Source: an uncultured Pseudomonadota bacterium
GTDB lineage: Bacteria > Pseudomonadota > Gammaproteobacteria > Steroidobacterales > Steroidobacteraceae
Reading direction: 5' to 3'
Length of the DNA: 64,000 bases
NCBI GenBank assembly: GCA_902826225.1
Contig: CADEED010000002.1
Coordinates: 3,890-67,889, forward strand
Part shown: positions 53,858 to 64,000 of the stretch, piece after piece
Layout: each line of letters opens with the position of its first letter
Numbering within the stretch: position 1 is the first letter of the stretch
Made by a program: the position numbers and the translations under genes
The notes under the pieces: generated by a model
What the model was told of the DNA's origin: nothing
What the model saw: the letters and a program-made list of their open reading frames with translations, nothing else
Database searches by the model: none

Positions 53858-55156
53858 ATGGCTGACAAGACATTCGAACTTCTCGATCCGGAGAGTGGCA
53901 GGAAGACGCAGCTCCCGGTCCGCTCGGGCACGGTCGGTCCGTCCGTCGTCGATATCGCGCCGCTCGCCAAGGATTTCGGCGCGTTCACCTACGACCCCGG
54001 CTACGGCGCCACGGCCGCCGTCGAAAGCAAGATCACCTATATCGACGGCGACGCCGGCGTGCTCATGCACCGCGGTTACCCGATCGAGCAGCTCGCCGCG
54101 AAGAGCTCGTTCATCGAGGTCTGCTATCTACTTCTGAACGGCGAGCTGCCGACGAAAAGACAGCTCGAGGAGTTCGAGGTCAGCATCCGCAACCACACGA
54201 TGATCAACGAGTCGCTGTTGCGGTTCTTCGGTGGCTTTCACCACAACGCGCACCCGATGGCGATGGTGTCCGCGGTGGTGGCGTCGATGTCGGCCTTCTA
54301 TCACGACTCGATGGACATCCATAACCCGCGGCACCGCGAGATCTTCGCGCACCGCATCGTCGCGAAGATCCCGACTATCGCCGCCGCGGCCTACAAGCAT
54401 TCGCTCGGCCAGCCGTTCGTCTATCCGCGCAACGATCTCGGGTACTGCGCGAACATGTTGCACATGTTTTTCGCCGTGCCCTGCGAGCCCTACAAGCTCG
54501 ACCCGGTCGCGGCCGAGGCGCTCGACCTCCTGTTCATCCTGCACGCCGACCACGAGCAGAATGCGAGCACCTCCACGGTCCGCCTCGCCGGCTCGACCGG
54601 CGCCAACCCGTACGCGGCCATCTCGGCCGGCGTCTCGGCTCTTTGGGGTCCCGCGCACGGTGGGGCCAACGAGGCCGTCCTGCAGATGCTCGAGCAGATC
54701 GGCACCGCCGACCAGATCCCGAAATATCTCGCGATGGCGAAGGACAAGTCGAGCCACTTCCGGCTCATGGGCTTCGGGCACCGGGTCTACAAGAACTTCG
54801 ATCCGCGCGCGAAGATCATCCGCGACATGTGCCACAAGGTGCTGCAGAAGCTCGGCAAGACGGACAACCCGCTGCTGGAGCTCGCGCAGCGTCTCGAAGA
54901 GGCGGCGCTCAAGGATGAGTACTTCGTCGCGCGCAAGTTGTACCCGAACGTCGATTTCTACTCGGGCATCATCTACTCGGCGCTGGGCATCCCGCGCTCG
55001 ATGTTCACCGTGATGTTCGCGATCGCGCGCACCGTCGGCTGGGTAGCGCACTGGCAGGAGATGATCTCGGATCCGGCGATGCGCATCGGCCGTCCGCGCC
55101 AGTTGTACACCGGCCTGTCGCAGCGCGATTACAAGTCGATCGAAGCGCGCGGCTGA
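53858..55156 (+). CDS. gltA: citrate synthase (type II)
   Basis: Start [14 protein letters not shown] (Met7 of ORF 53840..55156); ...[12 protein letters not shown]...[14 protein letters not shown]. Confidence 0.93.
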   Translation: MADKTFELLDPESGRKTQLPVRSGTVGPSVVDIAPLAKDFGAFTYDPGYGATAAVESKITYIDGDAGVLMHRGYPIEQLAAKSSFIEVCYLLLNGELPTKRQLEEFEVSIRNHTMINESLLRFFGGFHHNAHPMAMVSAVVASMSAFYHDSMDIHNPRHREIFAHRIVAKIPTIAAAAYKHSLGQPFVYPRNDLGYCANMLHMFFAVPCEPYKLDPVAAEALDLLFILHADHEQNASTSTVRLAGSTGANPYAAISAGVSALWGPAHGGANEAVLQMLEQIGTADQIPKYLAMAKDKSSHFRLMGFGHRVYKNFDPRAKIIRDMCHKVLQKLGKTDNPLLELAQRLEEAALKDEYFVARKLYPNVDFYSGIIYSALGIPRSMFTVMFAIARTVGWVAHWQEMISDPAMRIGRPRQLYTGLSQRDYKSIEARG

Positions 55157-55190
55157 CGCCGCGGCGGGAAGATCGCGAAGCGCCAGCTAG

Positions 55191-55817
55191 CTACTGCGCG
55201 AGCGAGGTCGAGTCGCTCTCCATCAGCACTTCCAGTTCGTCCGCGTCGACCCGGCGCATGGGCCGCCCGTCGACCGGACTCACGGGAGCCTCGCGGATGC
55301 CGTCAACCGGGAAAACCGTCGCGTCGATCGTCTGGTCGTCGTAGTCGAAGTGCACGCCGGGATAGGCCACCACGCGATCCGGACCGAAGCGCACCCGGCG
55401 TTCCACCACCTCGTGCTCGATGCCGAGATCCATGAGCCGGAAGGTGATCGACTCCGGACGTTCGGCGAAGAGATGGAGCTGGATGTCGTTGTGTTCGGTC
55501 GCGGTGCCCGAGAGCACCGGGCCCACGAGCCGCGGTTCGAAGTCGCGCAGAATCTGCATCGCGGACAGGGCAGCGTTACGCTGCGATGCAATGCTCCGCG
55601 TGTGCCGGTCGCCGCCGAACAGGCGTTGATACTCGGCCAGCGCATCTTCGATCTCGGTGTTGCGCGGCAGGACGGCGCCGTCGACGACGCCGAAGCGCTC
55701 CGCGGCCTTGCGTTTCGCGGTCAGGAAATCGCGGATGCCGTGCTCGGACATGATGCGCGCGGCTTCCTGCGCGAGCGCGCGGCGCAGGTTTTCGGCGCGG
55801 GGCGGCAGCTTCTTCAT
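55191..55817 (-). CDS. conserved hypothetical protein
   Basis: 208 aa ORF with backbone-like composition that fills the gap between gltA and the PBP gene. No motif I recognise. Confidence 0.55.
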   Translation of the reverse strand: MKKLPPRAENLRRALAQEAARIMSEHGIRDFLTAKRKAAERFGVVDGAVLPRNTEIEDALAEYQRLFGGDRHTRSIASQRNAALSAMQILRDFEPRLVGPVLSGTATEHNDIQLHLFAERPESITFRLMDLGIEHEVVERRVRFGPDRVVAYPGVHFDYDDQTIDATVFPVDGIREAPVSPVDGRPMRRVDADELEVLMESDSTSLAQ

Positions 55818-55819
55818 CC

Positions 55820-58309
55820 TCAGAAAATCGGGTCGGATCCTGGCTGTGGCGTGTTCGGAAACGCGGGATCGATGCTCTGCGGGGCGGTCGGGTCGCCCTG
55901 GTAACCCTCGTCGGTCGGCAGCATGTCCGCCCGAAAATACTCGAAGAGCGGATCGAGGTCCGCATCTTTTCTGCCGCCCGTCGCCGCGTTGATCTTCATC
56001 TCGATGATGCCCTCGGGCACGCCCAGCGACTTCTCCGGCACGCCCTTCAAGGCCTCGCGCATGAAGTCGACCCAGATCGGGACGGCGGTGCGGGCGCCTT
56101 CTTCACCTTCGCCAAGCGGCTGGTTGTCGTCGTAGCCTACCCACACCGTCGCGACCAAGCTTTCGTTGAAGCCGTTGAACCAGGTGTCGACGGAGGAATT
56201 CGTGGTGCCCGTCTTGCCGCGCAGATCGCCGCGACCGAGCGCGAGCGCGCGACGGCCGGTGCCGCGGCGGATCACGTCCTTCATCATGTCGTTGATGAGG
56301 AAGGACACCTGCGGCGTTATGACTCGCTGCGCGGGCTGAATGCGCCGGGCCCCGGGTGGAAGAGGCGACGGCGGGACGATCGTCGCGCTGGGGTCCGTGT
56401 CCTTGGCGCGTTCCGCGGCCGAGACGGCGTCGACTGGCGTCGTGCATTCCGCGCAAACCGTGAGCGGTTCGGGCGTGAAGACGATCTGCCCGCCCGGTCC
56501 TTCGACGCGATCGATGTAGAACGGATCGACGTGGTAGCCGCCATTGGCGAACACGGCGAACGCGCTCGCAACATCGAGCGGCGTCGACTGCATGCTGCCT
56601 AAGGCGATCGTGAGATTGCTCTCGAGGCGATCGCGCTCGCGCGTGAACCCGAAATTCTTCACGTAATCGACGACGGGCTTGATGCCCATTTCCTTGAGTA
56701 GTCGGATAGACACGAGATTTCGCGACTGCACGAGCGCTTCGCGCAACCGCGTCGGGCCGCGGAAGCCGCCGCCCGAGTTTTCGGGCCGCCAGACTTCTTC
56801 GAGGTTCGGATCGTCCATGACGATCGGCGCGTCGAGGATCATCGTGGCGGGAGTGAAGTTTCCGGCGAGGGCCGAGGCATAGAGGAAGGGTTTGAATCCA
56901 GACCCGGGCTGGCGCTTCGCCTGGGTGACGCGGTTGTACTTGCCGAGGCCTTCGAAATAATCGAAGCCACCGACCAGCGACATGACGGCCCCGTTGTTGG
57001 GGTCGATTGCGATGAGCGCGCTCTCGGCCTGCGGCACCTGCGCGAGCTCGGCGGGGCCGTCGGCCTTGTCGCGCACGACGTACACGACGTCGCCGCGGGC
57101 CAGGATCTCGGCGGCGGACTTGGGCTCGGGACCCGACAGACCGTTCTCTCGCCGTCTCGCCCACGACAGGCCGGCCCATTCGATCGATGCCGTGCTGCCG
57201 CCCTTGATGTACACGTCGGCCGTCTTCTCGGCCACGTTCATCACGATGGCGGGCTGCACGATGCCCACGCGGTTGAACTCGTCGAGCAGCAACTCCAGGG
57301 CCTCGGGTTTCTCGGCGCCCGTGAGTTCGACCTTGCTGGCCGCGCCGCGCCAACCGTGACGACGGTCGTAGTCGACGAGGCCCATGCGCAGCGCCCGGTT
57401 CGCGGCGGTCTGCAGCCGCCCGTCGATCGTGGTGTATACCTTGAAGCCGGACTCGAGCGCCTTGTCGCCGAATTTCTCCTTCACGTACAGGCGCGCCATC
57501 TCCGCGACGTATGGAGCCTCGACGTCGGCGAGCGCGCGGTGCGCCTTGGCCCTAACTACTTCCTTCGAGGCCAGGTCGGCGGTGGCCTGGTCGATGAAGC
57601 CGAGCTCGCGCATGCGGCGCAACACGTACGCGCGGCGCTCCGTCGCGCCGGTGGGATTCGTGATCGGGTTGAACCTGGACGGCGATTGCGGCACGCGTGC
57701 GAGCAGCGCGGCCTCTCCCAGCGTGAGCTGATCGAGCGGCTTGCCGAAATAGGTCTCCGCTGCCGCGGCGATGCCATACGAACGCTGGCCGAAGAAGATC
57801 ACGTTCAGGTACAGCGCGAGGATCTCCTGCTTCGTGAACTGGCTTTCGAGGCGCTGGGTCACGAAGACTTCCTGCAGCTTGCGCCGCACCGTCTGATCCT
57901 GCGTGAAGAAAGCGCTGCGCGCGGTCTGCATCGTGATCGTGCTCGCGCCCTGCCGGTCGGCGGACGTCACGTTCACGAACAGCGCGCGGATGACACCCTT
58001 CCAGTCGAATCCATGGTGCTCGAAGAACTGGTCGTCTTCCGCGGCGATGAACGCGTTCTTGACGATGTCGGGAATCTGTTCGTACTTCACCGGGTTGCGC
58101 CGCTGCTCGCCGATCTGCGCGATCAGCTCGCCGCTGCGTGTATAGACGCGCAGGGGCACCGCGAGCTCGGCGTTCTTCATCGCTTCGACGGCCGGGAGCG
58201 TCGGTTCCAGGTAGACGAAGCTGCAAACAAAGGCGTAGGCCGCCCCGACTGTGACCAGCGTCACACCCATCACGACGAAGGCGATCATCCGAAAGTAGTT
58301 TGGCTTCAC
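55820..58309 (-). CDS. mrcA: penicillin-binding protein 1A (bifunctional transglycosylase/transpeptidase)
   Basis: 829 aa; GT51 motifs (AAEDDQFFEHHG, GASTITMQ) and transpeptidase motifs SGFK, SRN, KTGTT. Confidence 0.92.
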   Translation of the reverse strand: MKPNYFRMIAFVVMGVTLVTVGAAYAFVCSFVYLEPTLPAVEAMKNAELAVPLRVYTRSGELIAQIGEQRRNPVKYEQIPDIVKNAFIAAEDDQFFEHHGFDWKGVIRALFVNVTSADRQGASTITMQTARSAFFTQDQTVRRKLQEVFVTQRLESQFTKQEILALYLNVIFFGQRSYGIAAAAETYFGKPLDQLTLGEAALLARVPQSPSRFNPITNPTGATERRAYVLRRMRELGFIDQATADLASKEVVRAKAHRALADVEAPYVAEMARLYVKEKFGDKALESGFKVYTTIDGRLQTAANRALRMGLVDYDRRHGWRGAASKVELTGAEKPEALELLLDEFNRVGIVQPAIVMNVAEKTADVYIKGGSTASIEWAGLSWARRRENGLSGPEPKSAAEILARGDVVYVVRDKADGPAELAQVPQAESALIAIDPNNGAVMSLVGGFDYFEGLGKYNRVTQAKRQPGSGFKPFLYASALAGNFTPATMILDAPIVMDDPNLEEVWRPENSGGGFRGPTRLREALVQSRNLVSIRLLKEMGIKPVVDYVKNFGFTRERDRLESNLTIALGSMQSTPLDVASAFAVFANGGYHVDPFYIDRVEGPGGQIVFTPEPLTVCAECTTPVDAVSAAERAKDTDPSATIVPPSPLPPGARRIQPAQRVITPQVSFLINDMMKDVIRRGTGRRALALGRGDLRGKTGTTNSSVDTWFNGFNESLVATVWVGYDDNQPLGEGEEGARTAVPIWVDFMREALKGVPEKSLGVPEGIIEMKINAATGGRKDADLDPLFEYFRADMLPTDEGYQGDPTAPQSIDPAFPNTPQPGSDPIF

Positions 58310-58677
58310 AGAATCCGGGTCTCGTCTGTTGCGCGCGCGTTATGCCCTATGCATAGTAACCGCCGTCGATTCGCATACTCACTGAAAGGTGGGGACGCAA
58401 AGCTTCCGGTCTAAGGGCCCGCATTGGCCTAGGACAGCGGGGTTGCCGGCTCGAAGGTCTCTTCGAGTTGATACGGAAACTGCTGCCCAGTTCCCAATGC
58501 TCACCTCCGCCGGTGTCTAGGCTCTCCACTCCGTTGGCGGCCCGGGGGAATATCCCGGGGAATCCACCAGTTTCGTGAGAGGCGTCTCGTTCAATTTAAC
58601 TTCACGCTGATATATAGTGTCTTGGGTTTAAGACAGGTCGCGCGAAATCGCCGTAACTATATGAAAGGACTGCTAAA

Positions 58678-59745
58678 GTGCTGTTCCTAACGCGCAAATA
58701 TCGTCCCGTTCTCGGGCTTGACATAACAACTTCTTCGGTCAAGTTGATCGAGCTCGTGATGAGCGGCGGTTCCTACCGCGTCGAGTCATACGCGGCCGAA
58801 CCGACCCCGCAGAACGCGATGAACGAGAAAGCCATCGTCGACGCCGAAGCCGTCGGCGAGGCCATTCGTCGCGCGGTGAAGCGCTCCGGCGCCGGTGCAA
58901 AGGAAGTCGCCATCGCGATCTCCGGCGACGCCGCGATCACCAAGGTCATCCAGATGCCCCGCTCGCTGCGCGAGCGCGATCTCGAAGCCCAGGTCGAGAT
59001 GCAGGCCGATCAATACATCCCCTTCCCGATGGACGAAGTGTCGTACGACTTCGAAGTGTTGGGACCGTCGGAGAAGGATCCCGAGACCAACGACGTGTTG
59101 TTGGTCGCGACGCGCACGGAAAACGTGGAGCAGCGCCAGGCCGCGGTGAACGCGGCGGGTCTCACCGCGAAGATCGTCGACGTCGAAGCGTTCGCGCTCG
59201 AGAACGCGTGCAAGCTCATGACGCACCAGATGCCCGACGGCGGCATCGACCGGACGATCGCGGTCGTCGACTTCGGCGCGAGCAGCACCACGTTCAGCGT
59301 GCTGCGAAATCTCAAGGTCATCTACACGCGCGATTTCGCGTTCGGCGGGCAGCAGCTCACCGAAGAAATCATGCGCACCTACGGCCTCTCGATGGAGGAA
59401 GCCGGCCGCGCCAAGAAGGAAGGCGGGCTGCCGGGAAACTTCCAGGCGGAAGTGCTCGATCCGTTCATCGACGACATGACGCAGCAGGTCAGCCGCTCGC
59501 TGCAGTTCTACCTCGCCTCGGGTTCGGGCCGCGATCAGCCGGAGAAGATCCTCGTCTGCGGCGGTTGCGCCAACATCTCGGGCGTGTCCGACGTGATTTC
59601 GAGCCGCGTGGGAATCTCCGCGGAGAAGGGCGACCCGCTGGGTCAGATGAAACTTTCGTCTCGCGCCAAGGCGCAGGCGGTGGCGCGTGACGCCACGGCG
59701 CTGCTCACGGCGTGTGGTCTCGCACTGCGGAGCTTCGACAACTAA
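58678..59745 (+). CDS. pilM: type IV pilus assembly protein PilM
   Basis: 355 aa, actin-like ATPase fold; LGLDITTSSVKLIEL. Confidence 0.9.
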   Translation: MLFLTRKYRPVLGLDITTSSVKLIELVMSGGSYRVESYAAEPTPQNAMNEKAIVDAEAVGEAIRRAVKRSGAGAKEVAIAISGDAAITKVIQMPRSLRERDLEAQVEMQADQYIPFPMDEVSYDFEVLGPSEKDPETNDVLLVATRTENVEQRQAAVNAAGLTAKIVDVEAFALENACKLMTHQMPDGGIDRTIAVVDFGASSTTFSVLRNLKVIYTRDFAFGGQQLTEEIMRTYGLSMEEAGRAKKEGGLPGNFQAEVLDPFIDDMTQQVSRSLQFYLASGSGRDQPEKILVCGGCANISGVSDVISSRVGISAEKGDPLGQMKLSSRAKAQAVARDATALLTACGLALRSFDN

Positions 59746-60353
59746 TGCCTCGCATAAACCTACTTCCCTGGCGCAACGAAGAACGCAAGGAGCGGAAGCT
59801 CCGCTTTCTCGTCGCGCTCGGCGGCGCGGCGATCGGCGCGTGCCTCACGGCGTTCGTCGGCTACCTCATGATGGACTCCATGGTCAGCGCGCAGGAAGCG
59901 CGTAACGAGCAGTTGCGCGGCGAAATCCGCGAGCTCGACAAGCAGATCGAGAAGATCAACAGCCTCGAGGCCGACAAGGCGCGCTTCATCGCGCGCATGG
60001 ACGTCATCGAGAAGCTGCAGCGTTCGCGTCCAGAGATCGTGCACATCTTCGACGAGATCGCGAAGCAGATTCCGGACGGCGTGTACCTCACCGCCATCTC
60101 GCAGGAAGGCCGGCGAGTGAAGTTCGAGGGCGTCGCGCAATCATCGACGCGCGTGTCGACCTTCATGCGCAACATCGATGGCAATGCCTACCTGACCAAG
60201 CCCGAGCTCGAGGTCGTGAAGACCGAGCGCGAGGGCGGCGCGGGTTCCACGGTGGCGGGCGCCACGTTCGTCCTGTGGGCCGATCTGTCGGGCCGTGAGG
60301 ATCCGGCGGCCGAAGCCAACAAGCCCAAGCGGCGCATCGCGGCGGGGGGCTGA
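59745..60353 (+). CDS. pilN: type IV pilus assembly protein PilN
   Basis: Start MPRINLLPWR (Met12 of ORF 59712..60353), overlapping the pilM stop (TAATG). Confidence 0.88.
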   Translation: MPRINLLPWRNEERKERKLRFLVALGGAAIGACLTAFVGYLMMDSMVSAQEARNEQLRGEIRELDKQIEKINSLEADKARFIARMDVIEKLQRSRPEIVHIFDEIAKQIPDGVYLTAISQEGRRVKFEGVAQSSTRVSTFMRNIDGNAYLTKPELEVVKTEREGGAGSTVAGATFVLWADLSGREDPAAEANKPKRRIAAGG

Positions 60354-60355
60354 AC

Positions 60356-61009
60356 ATGAGTGTTCTGGACGATCTCAAGAATCTCGATCCCAACGATCCT
60401 GGCCGCTGGCCGTTCCCGGTCCGCGCCGGCGCCGTGGCGATCTGCTTCGTGGTGCTCGCGGCCGTGCTGTTCTACGTCCTGGTGTGGAACGAGCAGAAGC
60501 CGAACCTCGATCGCGTGACGGGCGAAGAGGCTCAACTGCGCGAAACGTTCCGTGCCAAACACGCGAAGGCCGTGAACCTAGCTGTCTATCAACAGCAGCT
60601 CGCGGACATCGAGCGGTCGTTTGGCGCGCTGCTGCGCCAGCTTCCGGGCAAGACCGAAGTCCCAAACCTGCTGGTCGACATCTCGCAGGTCGGCGTCGGA
60701 GCGGGTCTCGAGGAAAAGCTCTTCCAGCCTTCGGGCGAAGTGAAGCGTGATTTCTACGCTGAGCTGCCGATCAAGATCCGTCTCACCGGCTCGTACCACC
60801 AGATGGGAGAGTTTGTCAGCGGCATCGCCGCACTGCCGCGCATCGTCACGCTCGACGAGATGAAGATCAAAGCCGAGAACAAGGACGTCTACGACAACCT
60901 GTCGTTCGAACTCACCGCCAAGACGTACCGGTATCTGGATGACGCCGAAGTCGCTGCGGCCGAGAAGGCTAAAGCTCCGGCGCCGGGCCAGGCGCCGGCC
61001 GCGCAATAA
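60356..61009 (+). CDS. pilO: type IV pilus assembly protein PilO
   Basis: 217 aa with one TM helix and a coiled coil; position within pilMNOPQ. Confidence 0.85.
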   Translation: MSVLDDLKNLDPNDPGRWPFPVRAGAVAICFVVLAAVLFYVLVWNEQKPNLDRVTGEEAQLRETFRAKHAKAVNLAVYQQQLADIERSFGALLRQLPGKTEVPNLLVDISQVGVGAGLEEKLFQPSGEVKRDFYAELPIKIRLTGSYHQMGEFVSGIAALPRIVTLDEMKIKAENKDVYDNLSFELTAKTYRYLDDAEVAAAEKAKAPAPGQAPAAQ

Positions 61010-61023
61010 CGGGCAAGCAGGTC

Positions 61024-61545
61024 ATGGATATGTCGAAACAGAAGAATTCGTGGCTCCTGGCTGTCGCCCTCTGCGTCGCGGTCGGCTCGCTCGCCGGCTG
61101 CAGCAGCAAGGACGACGAACTCAACGAGTACATCGCGGACACCAAGAAAGAACCCGGTGGCCGGGTCGAGCCGCTCCCCGAGCTCAAGCCGTACGAGTCG
61201 TACGCGTACGAGTCCGCGTCGATGCGCTCGCCGTTCATGCCGGGTGGTTCGAGTGGTTCGGCTTCCGGCCCCCGTCCGGACAATCGCCGCAACCGCGAAT
61301 TCCTGGAACAGTTCTCGCTCGATACGTTGCGAATGGTCGGCACCTTGCGGCTGCAGGACCGGACGTACGGGCTCGTGAAGACGAAAGATGGACTCGTGCA
61401 CCGCGTATCGGTCGGCGCGTACCTCGGCCAGGCCGAGGGCAAGGTGACCGAAATTACGCCTTCGAAGATCAGTGTCGTGGAGCTGGTTCCGGATGGAGTC
61501 GGCGGATACATGGAACGCCCTGCCGCGCTCGCCCTGAATAACTGA
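61024..61545 (+). CDS. pilP: type IV pilus assembly lipoprotein PilP
   Basis: Lipobox LAGCSS; 173 aa; position within the operon. Confidence 0.85.
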   Translation: MDMSKQKNSWLLAVALCVAVGSLAGCSSKDDELNEYIADTKKEPGGRVEPLPELKPYESYAYESASMRSPFMPGGSSGSASGPRPDNRRNREFLEQFSLDTLRMVGTLRLQDRTYGLVKTKDGLVHRVSVGAYLGQAEGKVTEITPSKISVVELVPDGVGGYMERPAALALNN

Positions 61546-61579
61546 AGTTTCACGCCTTGGGACCTGGGAGTAGATTCGA

Positions 61580-63769
61580 ATGAACAAGATCACCATCCGC
61601 CAGCTGGCCGCTTCGACCGTCCTGTGGTTGACCGCCGCGGTCATCGTCTCGCTGGCCAGTTCGGCAGCCTTTGCTCAGGGCACGCCCAACAAGCTGGAGT
61701 CGATCGACGTCCAGAATCTCGCGGGTCAGCAGATGCAGCTCACGCTGCGTCATTCGGCGCCGCCGTCCGAACCGGTCGCTTTCACGATCGACAACCCGGC
61801 GCGGATCTCGCTCGACCTCGCGAACACCGCACTCGCGCTCCCGTCCCGCCGCGTCGACGTGCGTGCCGGCGGCGTCGATTCCATCCTCGCCGCCGAGGCT
61901 GCCGGGCGTACCCGCCTCGTGCTGAACCTCGACCGACTGCTCCCGTACACCACGCGCGTCCAGGGCAACGACATCATCGTCATGATCGGCGCCGCGGCGT
62001 CCCCGACCTTTGCGGCTGCCGCTTCGAGCGGTGCCGCGGGTTCACCGGCCCCGCGCGCGGCCGCGGTGCCCACCGGTCCGCGCGCCATCCGCGCGATCGA
62101 TTTCCGGCGCGGTGCGGGCGGCACGGGCCGCGTCATCGTGCGCCTCTCCGATCCGCGCACGCCGGCCAACCTGCGCCAGCTCGGCAACCAGATCGTCGTC
62201 GACTTCGCGGGTGCCGAGGTGGCGAGCAACCTCGCCCGTCGCTATGACGCCGCCGATTTCGCCACGCCGGTGACCGGCTTCGACGTGGTCCGCGTCGGCG
62301 ACGGCGTGCGCCTGTCGATCAGTGCCGCCGGCGACTACGAACAGCTTGCTTACCAGTCCGACGACCAGTACGTCGTCGAAGTGCAGCCGGCCCGCAAGGC
62401 CGCGCAAAAGATCGAGGACAAGCGCGTCTACACGGGCGAGCGCCTCACGCTGAACTTCCAGGACATCGAGACGCGCGCCGTTCTTCAGCTCCTCGCGGAC
62501 GCCAGCGGCCAGAACATCGTCGTCTCCGACTCCGTGCAGGGCAGCGTCACGCTGCGCCTCCAAAACGTTCCCTGGGACCAGGCGCTCGACATCGTCCTGC
62601 GCACGAAGGGTCTCGACAAGCGTCGCAACGACAACGTCATCATCGTCGCGCCGACCGAAGAGCTGGCCTCGCGTGAGAAGGCCGAGCTCGCCGCGCGCGC
62701 CGACGTGCAGGACCTGGCGCCGATCCGTTCCGAATATCTCCAGGTCAACTACGCGAAGGCGGCGGACCTGGCGGCGTTGATCAAGTCGGGTGGCGGTACG
62801 ACCGGTGGTGGAGGCCTGCTCTCCAAGCGCGGCACCATCTCCGTGGACGAACGCACGAACACGCTGCTGCTCGCGGATTCCGCGGACCGTCTCGAAGACA
62901 TCCGCCGGCTCGTGGGCACGCTCGACATCCCGATTCGCCAGGTGCAGATCGAAGCCCGCATCGTCATCGTGAACGATGACTTCTCGCGCGAACTCGGTGC
63001 CCGCGCCGGCTTCAGCGGCTTCGACTTCTTGGGCAACAACCTCGGTTACACCAGCGGCAACGCGCCGAACAACGATGACATGCTCGAGTTCATGCAGGAG
63101 CGCGCGGACGATGACGATCCGACGAACGACGGCCCCGGCTTCGTGCTGTCGGACGGCCCGGGCGTCCCGAACCGCTACAACGTGAACCTGCCGGTCGGCA
63201 GTCCTGCGGGTAGCATTGCGTTCATGCTGCTGGGTCGCGACTTCCTCGTCGACCTCGAGATCTCGGCGGCGCAGTCCGAAGGCCGTGGCGAGGTCATCTC
63301 GACCCCGCGCGTCATCACGGCGAACCAGCGTGAAGCGAGCATCGAGCAGGGCGTCGAAATTCCCTACCAGGAGTCGGCTTCTTCCGGTGCCACGACCATC
63401 TCCTTCAAGAAGGCCGTGCTCTCGCTCAAAGTCACGCCGCAGATCACGCCTGACAACCGCGTCATCCTCGACCTCAACGTCAAGAAGGACAGCGTCGGCC
63501 AGGTCATCGTCGGCGGCGCCGGGCAGCAGGTCCCGTCGATCGACACGCGCGAGATCACCACGCAGGTCCTCGTCAACGACGGACAGACCGTGGTGCTCGG
63601 CGGCATTCTCGAGACGGAGCGTCGCGAGACGGAGAAGAAGGTCCCGTACCTGGGCGACGTGCCGGTGCTCGGCCGCCTGTTCAAGACGACCGGAAAGACG
63701 AACAACAAGGACGAGCTGCTGATCTTCGTCACGCCGAAGATCCTGCGCGAAGGCGCCAGCGTCTACTGA
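61580..63769 (+). CDS. pilQ: type IV pilus secretin PilQ
   Basis: 729 aa; N-terminal AMIN-like regions and a secretin C-terminus ...[15 protein letters not shown]...[11 protein letters not shown]. Confidence 0.93.
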   Translation: MNKITIRQLAASTVLWLTAAVIVSLASSAAFAQGTPNKLESIDVQNLAGQQMQLTLRHSAPPSEPVAFTIDNPARISLDLANTALALPSRRVDVRAGGVDSILAAEAAGRTRLVLNLDRLLPYTTRVQGNDIIVMIGAAASPTFAAAASSGAAGSPAPRAAAVPTGPRAIRAIDFRRGAGGTGRVIVRLSDPRTPANLRQLGNQIVVDFAGAEVASNLARRYDAADFATPVTGFDVVRVGDGVRLSISAAGDYEQLAYQSDDQYVVEVQPARKAAQKIEDKRVYTGERLTLNFQDIETRAVLQLLADASGQNIVVSDSVQGSVTLRLQNVPWDQALDIVLRTKGLDKRRNDNVIIVAPTEELASREKAELAARADVQDLAPIRSEYLQVNYAKAADLAALIKSGGGTTGGGGLLSKRGTISVDERTNTLLLADSADRLEDIRRLVGTLDIPIRQVQIEARIVIVNDDFSRELGARAGFSGFDFLGNNLGYTSGNAPNNDDMLEFMQERADDDDPTNDGPGFVLSDGPGVPNRYNVNLPVGSPAGSIAFMLLGRDFLVDLEISAAQSEGRGEVISTPRVITANQREASIEQGVEIPYQESASSGATTISFKKAVLSLKVTPQITPDNRVILDLNVKKDSVGQVIVGGAGQQVPSIDTREITTQVLVNDGQTVVLGGILETERRETEKKVPYLGDVPVLGRLFKTTGKTNNKDELLIFVTPKILREGASVY

Positions 63770-63794
63770 TCGACGTCTGCAGTTCGATTCGGCA

Positions 63795-63825
63795 GCGGCC
63801 GCCTTCGGGCGGCCGCTTTCGTTTC
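63795..63825 (+). terminator. rho-independent terminator after pilQ
   Basis: GCGGCCGCC-ttcg-GGCGGCCGC followed by TTTCGTTTCC. Confidence 0.7.
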
Positions 63826-63842
63826 CGCTATGCTCGATCGCG

Positions 63843-64000
63843 ATGTCGAACCGTGACTCCAATGTTTTCCTGATCGGCCCGATGGGCTCCGGCAAGACTG
63901 CCGTGGGCAAGCAACTGGCGCGCCTTCTGCGCGCGCCGTTTCGCGACAGCGACGCCGAGATCGAGTCGAAGACAGGCGTGGACATCTCGTACATTTTTTC
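63843..64000 (+). CDS. aroK: shikimate kinase, N-terminal part (3' end lies outside the window)
   Basis: [29 protein letters not shown]...[12 protein letters not shown]-loop present. The pilQ-aroK order is conserved. Confidence 0.85.
   Translation, partial: MSNRDSNVFLIGPMGSGKTAVGKQLARLLRAPFRDSDAEIESKTGVDISYIF

Noticed and set aside
58310-58677. Possible small RNA or regulatory element in the long mrcA-pilM intergenic region, which has a CGGGGAAT direct repeat and AT-rich tracts.
   Set aside because: It is a divergent promoter region of expected length for this gene pair. I saw no stable terminator-flanked structure or recognisable RNA family.

Overview
High-GC (roughly 65%) proteobacterial chromosome segment, gamma- or beta-proteobacterial in gene order. 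Most of it is housekeeping: asd, leuA, the aa3 cytochrome oxidase operon, bioBFCD, a GMC dehydrogenase pair, an ABC transporter operon, a galactose/2-keto-3-deoxygalactonate cluster, ubiA, tonB-like, recG, ridA, spoT, rpoZ, gmk, yicC, rph, rdgB, hemW, rpmE, gltA, PBP1A, pilMNOPQ and aroK. The exception is a roughly 13.8 kb accessory island (about 4.9-18.7 kb) between a truncated panE fragment and the cox operon terminator. The island holds six paralogous genes with the same N-terminal ~136 aa: a Sec signal peptide joined to a short RHS/YD core stub ending in DPDGEF. Most also share a helical linker. Their C-terminal ~95-115 aa differ completely (HNH, PD-(D/E)xK-like, HNH/EndoVII-like, and two I cannot assign). 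Each is tightly followed by a small unrelated ORF in the immunity position. The island also carries one toxin remnant, three orphan immunity-like genes, and three decayed copies of the 3' end of a 5'-truncated Ig-like repeat gene that is translationally coupled to the first toxin. A further paralog of one immunity gene sits outside the island at 2536-2973. I read this as a polymorphic toxin/immunity cassette array with an unusual shell-less, signal-peptide-bearing mini-RHS architecture, and it is the main candidate for something new. Smaller observations are a DnaA-box cluster upstream of rpmE, a motif recurring just after stop codons, an SCO plus cupredoxin-like pair inside an ABC operon, and a palindromic operator candidate in the galactose cluster. 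All family assignments come from reading the translations by eye. No searches were run. I saw no tRNA, rRNA, CRISPR, integrase or transposase.
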